In this document: piece after piece, positions 1-9,421 of the stretch
Layout of the letters: every line of letters starts with the position of its first letter
Numbering within the stretch: position 1 is the stretch's first letter
From: Chiloscyllium plagiosum
Taxonomy: Eukaryota
Direction: 5' to 3'
Length of the DNA stretch: 20,520 nucleotides
Assembly (NCBI RefSeq): GCF_004010195.1
Contig: NC_057719.1
Coordinates: 26,695,537 to 26,716,056 of the forward strand
Notes under the pieces: generated by a model
The model's database searches: none
What the model was told of the DNA's origin: nothing
The model's input: the letters and a program-made list of their open reading frames with translations, nothing else
Translations under genes and position numbers: made by a program

Positions 1-149
1 AAGAGGGACATTTTCCAATTTTCCATTGTCTGTCATGTCCGCCTCATAACATCTCTGGATAGAGAAAAAGAGTTAACATTTTGCGTTTGGTATGACTCTT
101 CATAGTACTTATGATTATCATTATTATTGTTATTATTGCTATTGATCAT

Positions 150-1175
150 TATCATGTTAAGAATAGAGATCTGATGAATGAGACAAAGTGGCGGTCTATT
201 AGATAATAAGATCACCGGAAATCCTTAGGAGATATTGCAATGTGAAATTTCTATGACAAATCATCTACGAATATGAAAAACTCAACTGTTCATAAACAGA
301 TATTTTACTTGGCCAATTCCTCATAAGGATAGAATGCAGCGCTGAAAAACATACCATATTCATCAAGTTGTGGTAAACTTCAACATGTAGTCAAACAGGC
401 ATTTAATGCTCATACTAAATTTTGAAGAATCATTCAGCAGAGTGTGGGTACATTGTGTAGAACCATCACCAAAAGTTAAAGTGATAGAATGATATATGTT
501 ACAGATAAAATAACCTAATTTCCAGAAACTATTCTTTTAAAGACAATTACAGCTAGAGTAGTAGTGGAAAAACTAACTCTGTTTTTCACTTGTTATGGAC
601 TATCCATTGAAATGCAGTCATACCATAGCTTCGATTTTATGTATAAAAATTTTCAGGACTTAATAAGCAATTTATATGTAAAACTGCATATCACCCACAA
701 GCACAGGGACCTTTGGAGAAATACTATCAGTCTCTCAAGTCCATGATTAAGGCACATTGTCATGAATACCTGCAGGATTGGGACAAAGGATTGGAGTTGT
801 TGTTAATTGCCACCAGAGGTAAGGTAAGGGATCCATTAAAATTAATCAAGAGAAATCAAAAGGAATCTTTAATGTTGCATTACAGCCCATGTTTCTAGAG
901 AGCCACAGGAGTGGGCAAAGTGGCACACAGCATTTAAAAATTTCACAGGCAATTTTGAAAGAATGAGCAGACAAATTCGCTGCAACTGGAACACTTCAAA
1001 CAGGCAACAAAAGATATGTATTATTATCCTAACAAGGTGAACCTCTGGAGGTGACATTCAGTGGTCTATACAAGATAGGTAGGAGGATTAGTTAAGTGAC
1101 TTATCTTGTAGGTATTCCAGATTGCAGCAAAAAGAATCAGTAATGTCACATAGACATGCTAAAGGAATATTATCA
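150..1175 (+). pseudogene. Decayed gypsy integrase region (zinc finger, core, GPY/F tail) of element 1
   Basis: Motif remnants YFTWP, CVEPSPK, VVEKLTLFFTCYGLSIEMQS (FGLPxEIQSD-like), EKYYQSLKSMIKAHC..DWDKG, FSGLY and CHIDMLKEY. Many stops and frameshifts. Confidence 0.8.
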
Positions 1176-1461
1176 TGGAGAAGAAGATAAGAAAGAGCAA
1201 GATGTCAGGTGCTGAGAATAATGAAGGATGTCAAGACCAGTAAGAGTGACTGAGAAGAAGAGATAGATATTTCAAAAGCAAGCCTCCTACAAACTGATTA
1301 GCCAGTGCTGAAATACTGGGACAGTCAGAGAGGATATTTCTATACATAAAGGAAGAACAATGGGAAGATTGAGTAAGGTCACATAAGAAATTTAAGGAAA
1401 TCTGTAGGAATATGCTGGGATGTACTAAGCCCGCCAGACATAATGAGGATGAAGGATTTTA

Positions 1462-1680
1462 CAGGTCAATCTGCTTTAAAGCATATTTTGTTAAGTTGAA
1501 TTTGCTATAACATGATTAATGAATTGGTAACACTGTTTCTAAAATGGAAAGTTTTAAAATGTGTGTTGGCTGTAACATGATTACAGTGCCTACACTTTAA
1601 GTGCTGTTTCTGAAATGTGGTTTTTCTAAAAAGTGAGGTTGCACAAGAACGCAACCATTGCATTATAAAAGAACCGACTC
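1462..1680. mobile_element. Tc1/mariner-pogo (Tigger-like) MITE, ~219 bp, inserted in gypsy pol
   Basis: TA at 1460-1461 and 1681-1682. Degenerate TIRs: left CAGGTCAATCTGCTTTAAAGC, right reverse-complement GAGTCGGTTCTTTTATAATGC. Internal repeat GCTRTAACATGATTA occurs twice. Removing it rejoins a gypsy HxxDxGxxxPIKQHPY-like segment. Confidence 0.6.
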
Positions 1681-2037
1681 TACTCCTGATAAAATAACAT
1701 TCTTATTGGTTATACTCAGAGATAAAACTCAGGTGGAAACAAGGTTTCAGTACCTGCTGGAAAATTGCCTGATTTAATCTGGCCACGCAGTTATGGTGAT
1801 GTTTGTTCATAAACAGAATGCAATGACTAGGTTTTGCATATACCCCTGGAAACTTAAGGCAGTACTGGAAACAGATTTAGACTCTGGTTCTCAGTTAAAA
1901 GATTATATCAATGCAGTTGGCAGTGCCTCATTTCTTTCTATGATTCATCTATTGAAGAGGTACTGACAATTGACATTAACATCAATAGAGAGAGATAACA
2001 GTTTTTGTCACTTCAAATGGGTTATATGAATGTTGAG

Positions 2038-3166
2038 GTAAAAACAATGAATGCAGATGCTGGAAACCAGATTCTGGATCAGTGGTGCTGGAAGAGCACA
2101 GCAATTCAGGCAGCATCGAGGAGCTTCAGCAAAATCGACATTTCGGGCAAAAGCAGAGAGTCTGAAGCGTGGAGAGATAAGCTAGGGGAGGGTGNNNNNN
2201 NNNNNNNNNNNNNNNNNNNNNNNNNNNNNNNNNNNNNNNNNNNNNNNNNNNNNNNNNNNNNNNNNNNNNNNNNNNNNNNNNNNNNNNNNNNNNNNNNNNN
2301 NNNNNNNNNNNNNNNNNNNNNNNNNNNNNNNNNNNNNNNNNNNNNNNNNNNNNNNNNNNNNNNNNNNNNNNNNNNNNNNNNNNNNNNNNNNNNNNNNNNN
2401 NNNNNNNNNNNNNNNNNNNNNNNNNNNNNNNNNNNNNNNNNNNNNNNNNNNNNNNNNNNNNNNNNNNNNNNNNNNNNNNNNNNNNNNNNNNNNNNNNNNN
2501 NNNNNNNNNNNNNNNNNNNNNNNNNNNNNNNNNNNNNNNNNNNNNNNNNNNNNNNNNNNNNNNNNNNNNNNNNNNNNNNNNNNNNNNNNNNNNNNNNNNN
2601 NNNNNNNNNNNNNNNNNNNNNNNNNNNNNNNNNNNNNNNNNNNNNNNNNNNNNNNNNNNNNNNNNNNNNNNNNNNNNNNNNNNNNNNNNNNNNNNNNNNN
2701 NNNNNNNNNNNNNNNNNNNNNNNNNNNNNNNNNNNNNNNNNNNNNNNNNNNNNNNNNNNNNNNNNNNNNNNNNNNNNNNNNNNNNNNNNNNNNNNNNNNN
2801 NNNNNNNNNNNNNNNNNNNNNNNNNNNNNNNNNNNNNNNNNNNNNNNNNNNNNNNNNNNNNNNNNNNNNNNNNNNNNNNNNNNNNNNNNNNNNTCCTCCT
2901 GGGATCAGATACGGCGGAGGCGGAGGAATTGGGGATACGGGATGGCATTTTTGCAAGAGGTAGGGTGGGAAGAGGTGTAATCCAGGTAGCTGTGGGAGTC
3001 GGTTGATTTGTAAAAAAATGTTGGTGTCAAGTCGGTCATCATTAATGGGGATGGAGAGGTCCAGGAAGGGGAGGGAGGTGTCAGAGATGGTCCAGGTAAA
3101 TTTAAGGTCAGGGTGGAATGTGTTGGTGAAGTTGATGAATTGCTCAACCTCCTCGCGGGAGCACGA
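2038..3166 (-). mobile_element. 5'-truncated Penelope-like retroelement (RT C-terminus/thumb to 3' pseudo-LTR) spanning an assembly gap
   Basis: Minus strand reads SCSREEVEQFINFTNTFHPDLKFTWTISDTSLPFLDLSI, then a frameshift in a T7 run, then YKSTDSHSYLDYTSSHPTSCKNAIPYPQFLRLRRI*. This is typical Penelope RT. 2038-2160 is homologous to the pLTR at 4133-4268. A perfect 10-bp direct repeat GAATGTTGAG lies at 2028-2037 and 3167-3176. Confidence 0.9.
2195..2893. other. Assembly gap (699 N)
   Basis: Continuous run of N. Confidence 1.
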
Positions 3167-4132
3167 GAATGTTGAGTCATGCTATTTCAGTTTAGAAATC
3201 TCCAGCTACATTCCAAGACTTATGAATCAAGTTAGAGCTAAAGTGCCGAAATGCCTAGTTTACTTAGATGATATCATAACATACAGCAATACCTAGGAAG
3301 ACGATGCAAAGCAAATAGAAGACTCAATCAAACTGTTACAGTTACCTGGTATAGTAATAAACCTTGCCAGAAGCTAGTTTGCAAGTGTGTAGGTAACCTC
3401 CATAGGGCACATATCAGGTTGGGGCAAGGGAAAGTGTTGCCAAGAACGAAGTGTCTGGGAGAACCCTTAAAACTGCTCCTTAATCTAAGTGAGAAATCAT
3501 GAGAATTCTGGAAATTTGTGTTTTTTTGATTGGAAATTCATGCCTAACTTTAGCACCATAGCTATACCTTTAACAGATTTACAGTGAAAACAGCCTGAAA
3601 GAGTGCAAAACAGCTTTGGAGAAGCTGAAGGCAATTGATAGTGTTGGTTACCCCTGATTTGACTAAACTTTTAAAAATGGCAATTGATGCTAATAATTTG
3701 GTGATTGGTGCAATGTTATTGCGAGATAATAAAGTAGGAATAGAGAAGCCAGAGGAGGAGTACTTTTCAAAGAAATCAAATCAGTATCATAAGAAGGCTC
3801 TCAAAGTTTGCATCCATCACGATAATAAAGAAACACTAATATACAGTGACCATAATTCCTTGGCAGTTGTTGAAAATTTAAAAAATTAAGACATGAGACT
3901 ACTTCAACAGAGTTTATTCATTCATCCTTATAATATCAAGATTGTTAATATCATTAGAAAGGGTAATATAATTACAGATACATCATCATTGATTGATGGC
4001 ACATCTGAGAAAAAAAGTCGACAAGAAGCTAGAAGTCCTGAACAAAGAATGTGTACAGTGAATGCATCATTTTTTTCTGTGTACTTTATTATGTATGCAT
4101 TATGTTTCCCTTATGTTGAACTATATTAAAAA

Positions 4133-4268
4133 AAAGTCAGATTCCTGATGAAGGGCTTATGCCTGAAACGTTGATTCTCCTGCTCCTCGGATGCTGCCTG
4201 ACCTGCTGTGCTTCTCCAGCACCACACTCTCCACTCTGATCTCCAGCATCCACAGTCCTCAGTTTCTC
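4133..4268 (+). mobile_element. Solo Penelope pseudo-LTR / 3' end fragment
   Basis: CTGATGAAGGGCTTATGCCTGAAACGTTGATTCTCCTGCTCCTCGGATGCTGCCTGACCTGCTGTGCTTCTCCAGCACCAC aligns with the reverse complement of 2038-2155. Flanked by CT[A/G]TATTAAAAA at 4121-4132 and 4269-4280 (11/12 identical). Confidence 0.85.
4139..4178 (+). ncRNA. Minimal type I hammerhead ribozyme motif (Penelope-associated, probably decayed)
   Basis: Core CTGATGA at 4145-4151, stem II GGGC-TTAT-GCCT, GAAAC at 4165-4169, a very short ACGT palindromic stem III, and cleavage triplet GTT at 4170-4172. Confidence 0.7.
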
Positions 4269-4322
4269 CTGTATTAAAAATCATGCCTTTTTCTCCCTAA
4301 AATCTCTTTAAAGGTGAAAGTA

Positions 4323-5174
4323 TGTAAAATATTTCTTTTGTTTGGAAAAATAGACTTGTAAAGTCGAATTTTAGATTGCTTTGTTTCAGAGCATGAAGCA
4401 ATTCTTTTTGTAACTCAATTGAAAAGTGGAACAGTGTGGACAGTAAGTATATTTTAAAAAGTTGGCGTTGTCATTTTTGTGACACGATCGCCCAATTGTC
4501 TTTGAAAGAATGGAACTACATCACCAACAGTTCATGATTGGCTAAAGTACAGTTTGTCACAGACCTGAAGCGTTGATACAGTGACCTTCAAATTGGCTGA
4601 GCAAGTGAGATAATTTCTTCCCTCCCTCTGCAAGTGGAAAACTAATGAATCTAGAAGATTTTACAAGGATAAACTAAATCAATCGAAGATCTAGATCTAA
4701 TGGATGGGCTACTGTATTGAGGACTGCCACAGTCAATAATAACATGATCTCGTGGTCAAACACTGAAAAAAGAAGGAACTGTGAGAAAGTCAACTATTGA
4801 AGCACTTTGACTTGGACCCTGATCCACTGTTTTTTCCGATATTGTTCACCCACAATACTCCTAAAAGTCTCACCTTTCTTGCCCCTTTTATATTTGAATG
4901 AATGCATATGTGTGTTGATGCAAAGTGCTTCAGTTTAAATTTGCACTTGTAATTGATCATCTGCTCTTGTCGCATGTTATAAGTTTGTTACAATAAATAA
5001 GTTTTAGCTTTTTTTTGTTGATGAAGTGTGGTGGAACTTTTTTAAAATCTTAGATATGATTATAGTCAGACATTAAGCATCCCAGAGATTACTGTGGATA
5101 CATCTCAAATTTGTGATGACTTCGAAATAGTGGGTCTTGTTTTCCAGTGCACTGCTTCCCACAGGGTTGTGACA
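4323..5174 (+). repeat. Probable 3' LTR of gypsy element 1 (~850 bp)
   Basis: Starts TGT right after purine-rich AAAGGTGAAAG(TA) downstream of RNase H. Contains AATAAA near 4992 and ends ...GGGTTGTGACA. The partner LTR is not in the window, so the boundaries are inferred. Confidence 0.6.
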
Positions 5175-5229
5175 ATTCCCAGCTGGAGCTGAGTCACATT
5201 GCAATGTTGGCTTCATGCAAAGTACTGTA

Positions 5230-5600
5230 GGTTAGTTTAAGGGACTCCTGAGCTATTACATCCTGTATCAGCATAATGGTAGGCTGTCTGGTTTGGTGTC
5301 ATTGTAGTAAACAGCTGACAGGGAAACTTACCTCTCTTGCTTTGTTGTGTCTATTCAAACAGCTTTCTCACTGTATTTGGGATTCCCCTGCATATTGGCA
5401 TGGACCACTACACTAAATATCAGTTGTAATGAAGATTGTGAAACGATAGTAGTTTCTTTATCTGGTGACATATCATCAAAATCTCCAATGTTTTGTGCTG
5501 TCTGCAGGAGTGGCCCAGTACAGTGTAATGGGTTTTCTTGATGGTGGTCAGCAGGCTGTATAGCTTTCCTGGTTCATGGTTAATCAGGCTCTGATACCCT
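5230..5600 (-). mobile_element. Very old Penelope-like GIY-YIG endonuclease remnant
   Basis: Minus strand gives CTGPL(C)RTAQNI (with a frameshift), then CSGPCQYAGESQIQ*ESCLNRHNKAREVSFPVS..YN..IMLIQ. This resembles the PLE pattern CxxxxCxTCxxI...C..C..YIGET...R.NxH...LPVAxHFN. Confidence 0.4.
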
Positions 5601-5904
5601 GTCCCTGTGCTCAGAAATATTTATAATGTGGTGCATTGTTGCAGTAGGGCAACCTCATTGTCTATTTTCTATTAATATGTTCCTCATGGGGAAGCATAAA
5701 CCAAAACAACCAAATTTACTGAATAAAGTGAACACATTATGAACAGGATTCCACTTCTTGTAGCTTTTGTTCTCATAAGAATTGGAATCCACATAGATTA
5801 CACTAGAATTAAGAAACAAAAAATGTTCAATACAAATTGTACATTACGTATAATAGATAACTCATAGTCTATCTCATGAGATTACAAGCATTCATATCAT
5901 TCCT

Positions 5905-5937
5905 TTATATAAATGTGGCCCCTTATATAAATGTGGC
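5905..5937. repeat. Short direct repeat TTATATAAATGTGGC x2 (period 18)
   Basis: Exact 15-mers at 5905-5919 and 5923-5937. Confidence 0.9.
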
Positions 5938-6629
5938 ACAGCTGTGCCATGTGCACTGTGCAACTTTCCACCCAGTTTTATCAATCAATGAATTCATGTC
6001 ACCTGCAATGGTGGCTTCACTCCAAATAAGTGCCTCAGGGACAGTCATTATCCAATAGGCACAGGCCTGTGGGATCTCCTTAGCTAGGTCCAGGATAGTC
6101 ATAATGGCACATTTTCCTCAGTGTCCTTTATCTGATTCCTTTAATAAACTTCATTAAATGATTTGGTCAGTTCTGGCAAAAATGAAGCAGCAGCAGTAAA
6201 ATTGTCTAATTCACAATCTCTGCTTTAACTGTGAGTTCAGCTTTATATTTTGTTTTGTTGGTAATGCACCTAGGTCAAGGGCTGCCTTGTCACAAGGACT
6301 TGCATTTCTCACTATGCAAGGAAACTATAATTTTCCCTTTAAAGATTGTGCACAATTTTATAATTCCCTTTCAGACATTCTGAAAAATAGTTGCATATTT
6401 TGTAAGCATTTTACAAAAATTTTTTTTTTACCTACAGCAGTGCTTCCAGATTGAAGGTAGTACCTATTATTGGACAGTACACATGCACGAGCAACATGTA
6501 TAAATCAATTGCACTGATGGTGCATTAGACAAATTCTGTGATGCTTATGAGACTTTTACAGGGTGATGGTAGCCTATTTATTGTGATAAAGTTTTTGCAT
6601 GCTACTTTTATAACAGTATGAGTGAAAGA

Positions 6630-6758
6630 GTTTGATGGGATTTGTAGTATAGAAACAGGCCTGTCAGCTCAATAAGTCGATGCTATTTTTTGTACAAAAT
6701 TCAAACAATGTTCAAAAATGTTCCTAAATATTTTGAGTCAATCATTTCATTCTTAGAC
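6630..6758 (-). repeat. Left arm of an inverted repeat pair; outer part resembles a CR1-type 3' tail
   Basis: Reverse complement of 6630-6684 matches 9367-9421 at 48/55. 6685-6758 aligns to 9292-9366 at roughly 70-75% by hand. Confidence 0.75.
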
Positions 6759-8134
6759 TTGCTTTAATTTCCCATTAGGCATATGGTCAAGAGTGATACT
6801 CACTTGAATCCATTAAAAGCAATGCAACATCCAGCCCTATGGACCTATGATTTCCTGACTAGCACTAGCCTTGTGACCTTTGCCGCTTACTAGATGAAAA
6901 CCGGTCTGTGGCGAAGTAATCTCTTCAGGGACTAACTTAGATATGTTTTCTTTAAATTTCCCTGATTATTGAAGTAACTTTTTAAATTCTTTTAAAGTTT
7001 GTTTTATGCTACCTAATAGCATTCAATGAGTCAATATTTTGCTGTCTGTGCAATCATGGCAATGTTTGACAACACTTGTTCTTGCCCGATATGTGTCCTA
7101 TGTAAGTTACTCTCAGACTTGCAAACTCACTTCTGGAAAGATTTATTACTATACCACATCACTGCAACTGTCTAATTGAGTCTTATACCTGTTTTGCATA
7201 TTTTTCCTAGTTATTACTATGTATTACGATATCATCTAAGTAAATTAAACAGTTAGGCTCTTTAGCTACAACTTAATTCATAAGTCTTGGCATGTTGCTG
7301 GAGCATTTCTAAACTGGAATAGCATGACTTGACATTAAAAAACTCTTTTATTGCAACAAAAATGGAAACATCTGTAGTTATTTATGGTGATGTTACTTGC
7401 CAATGCCCCATCAACAATGCTAACCATTTTAATACAATCTTCTGACTGAGAAACAGTGTATGAATCTGTTTTCAGTAACTGCAGTCCGCTGTTGATGGAT
7501 AGATTTACCATGTTTGAACAGATATGTGCTTTTCACATTGGAAATGAAGAAAAAGCACAGTTTATGGATTGCTCCACTAAACTGGTTAATCATATACATC
7601 TCCTCCATTTTGCACATTCACCTTGGTTGAATATAATGTCTGCACTTATTTTTACTTTTGTTAATATAAATATATGCTTCTTAAAGTGACAGCTTTGAGT
7701 AATTCCATGTACCACTGTTGATGTTTTAACCCATTGTATATTATAAATTGTACAATTGCTCCATGGGCATAGTTTAAATAAAAGCTCCATCACAAAACTG
7801 TCTCAAGAGCTTTAACCTCATTAATCAGAAAAGTCCCTGCTTCAGCCACAATACACTGTACCCATTTTAAAAGACAAGAGTTAAAAAGTTTATGAATTGT
7901 CCTGGGGGACACAAAAAGCAAGCCTAAACTGAAGTCTGATTTATTAGATTTATACATAAACAATTTTAGTGTGAGATGTGAGAAATTTAGAAGTTGTCAT
8001 ATGGAAATATTGACAACCAAGTTCAATATTTCAGGTAATTCATCTTTGTGAACCATTGTTAATAACCAAAGGATGCCTACCATTTTAAAGCAATAAATCT
8101 TATTATGTGACATATCACAGTCTCAGTTGTAACT

Positions 8135-8918
8135 TAGAGTCTAGAGTCATAAAGTTGGACAGCATAGAAACAGACCCTTCAGTCCAATTCATTCATGCCG
8201 ACCAGATATCCTAATCCAGTCCCATTTGTCAGTATTTAGCCCATATCTCTCTAAACCCCTCCTATTCATGTACCCATCCAGATGCCTTTTAAATGTTGTC
8301 ATTGTATCAGCCTCCACCTCTTCCTCAAGCAGCTCATTTCATACACAAACCATCCTCTGCATGAAAAAGTTGCCTCTTATGCCCCTTTTAAATCTTTCTG
8401 CTCTCACCTTAAATCTATGCCCTCTAATTTTGGAATCCTCTATACTTAGGAAAAGACCTTGACTATTCACCTTATCCATGTTCTTCATGATTTTATACAC
8501 CTCACCCCTCAGCCTCTGACACTCCAGGGAAAACAGCCCCAGACTATTCAGCCTCTCCCTATAGCTCAACCTTCCAAATCTGGTAACATCCTTGTAAATC
8601 TTTTCCAAACCTTTTCAGGCTTTACAACATCTTTCCTATAGCAGGGAGATCAGAATTAAATGCAATATTCCAACAGTGGCTTGACCAATGTCCTGCAACA
8701 TGACCTCCTAACCCCTGTACTCAATGCACGGACCAATAAAGACGCGCATACCAAACACTTTCTTCACTGCCCTGCTTACCTGGGATTCCACTTTCGAGCA
8801 ACTATGAACCTGCACTGCAAAGTCTCTTTGTTCAGCGACACTCCCCAGAACCTTACCAGTAAGTGTTTAAATCCTGCCTGATTTGCCCTACCAAAATGTA
8901 GCACCTCACATCTTTCTA
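8135..8918 (-). mobile_element. 5'-truncated CR1 LINE (ORF2 C-terminus, 3' UTR and short tail repeat)
   Basis: ORF 8339-8608 reads LSYRERLNSLGLFSLECQRLRG..RGHRFKVRAERFKRGIRGNFFMQR. The 3' UTR hairpin region GAAACAGACCCTTCAGTCC and the (TAGAGTC)2 tail lie at ~8135. Confidence 0.92.
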
Positions 8919-8959
8919 AAAGGATTCTAGGTAATCCAAGGTGGATGGCAGGAGAAAAT

Positions 8960-9260
8960 TGTGGATATAAGAGTTACTCCTTTTTTGAGTTTTTCTTTCA
9001 GTGTTAGAGCTGATTTCCTTGGTTTCTTGGAGCAGTAATTACTGTTTTATAAGCCTTGTAGTGTTTTGGAACTTCGGGTAAAAAAAAATTTCAAAAACAA
9101 CACTACTTTAAAACAGGAGGAAAGTGGAAGAGTAGGCATCACATGGGAGGTAAGAAAAAAGCAGCAGAGAACCAGCACAGCTGGCAGACCAAGTAGTGAA
9201 CTTTCACAGCTGACAGCCTGTGCTGTGTAGTTACAACCATCTCTGGACATCAGAGTTCAG
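8960..9260. repeat. Unclassified interspersed-repeat fragment (possibly the start of an LTR)
   Basis: Begins TGTGGATATAAGAGTTAC, has the T-rich then purine-rich layout of LTR U3 regions, and contains an internal GTAGTGTT/AACACTAC inverted 8-mer. No terminal CA or TSD was found. Confidence 0.3.
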
Positions 9261-9291
9261 TCTAAGAAAAATAACTTCTTATCAATTATTT

Positions 9292-9421
9292 GTCTATGAA
9301 TAAAACAATTCTATTCAAAATAGTTCAGTAATTTTTAAAAAATTATTTGACTTTGGTACAAACTACAGCATAGACTTATTGAGTTGAAAAGCCTGTTTCT
9401 ATACTGTAAATCCTATCAAAC
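9292..9421 (+). repeat. Right arm of the inverted repeat pair; outer part resembles a CR1-type 3' tail
   Basis: AGCATAGACTTATTGAGTTGAAAAGCCTGTTTCTATACTGTAAATCCTATCAAAC is the inverted homologue of 6630-6684. Confidence 0.75.

Larger units (their letters stand above)
1683..3995 (+). pseudogene. Decayed gypsy RT and RNase H of element 1 (interrupted at 2038-3166)
   Basis: FVTSNGLYEC, then the insertion, then VMLF..PATFQRLMNQV, VYLDDIITYSNT. ORFs 3635-3889 and 3893-4129 contain RNase H motifs (D-A-N for DAS, SDHNSL, NIITDTSS for NxxADALS). Confidence 0.85.
1..5174 (+). mobile_element. Degenerate Ty3/gypsy LTR retrotransposon, Gmr1-like (IN-RT-RNaseH order); 5' part lies off the window
   Basis: Frameshifted pol motifs occur in order. 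Integrase: YFTWP at 301-315 (HFYWP-like), xCVEPSPK at ~451 (DCVGPLPK-like), YLQDWDKGLELLL and FSGLY at ~1057 (GPY-like). RT: FVTSNGLYEC at ~2003-2032, PATFQRLMNQV at ~3203, YLDD at 3261-3272. RNase H: PDLTKLLKMAIDAN..IGAMLL, YSDHNSL and KGNIITD. A purine-rich tract and an LTR follow. Confidence 0.9.

Noticed and set aside
105..156. ATT-rich low-complexity run giving the poly-Asn ORF 33-215
   Set aside because: It is a degenerate microsatellite with no coding evidence.
2005..3006. Four long ORFs of 262-333 aa
   Set aside because: They are artefacts of reading through the N gap.
6420..6530. Plus-strand acceptor-like TTTTTTTTTTACCTACAG followed by a frame containing GQYTCTSNM (Ig-like)
   Set aside because: There is only a weak donor (GTAGTA), frames close within about 30 codons, and no other Ig-domain residues are present.
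7429..7793. Overlapping 62-77 aa ORFs, a TTTTCAG acceptor-like site and a TGTGCTTTT/AAAAGCACA hairpin
   Set aside because: No recognisable domain, no convincing donor, and lengths are within chance expectation. An exon cannot be fully excluded without RNA-seq.
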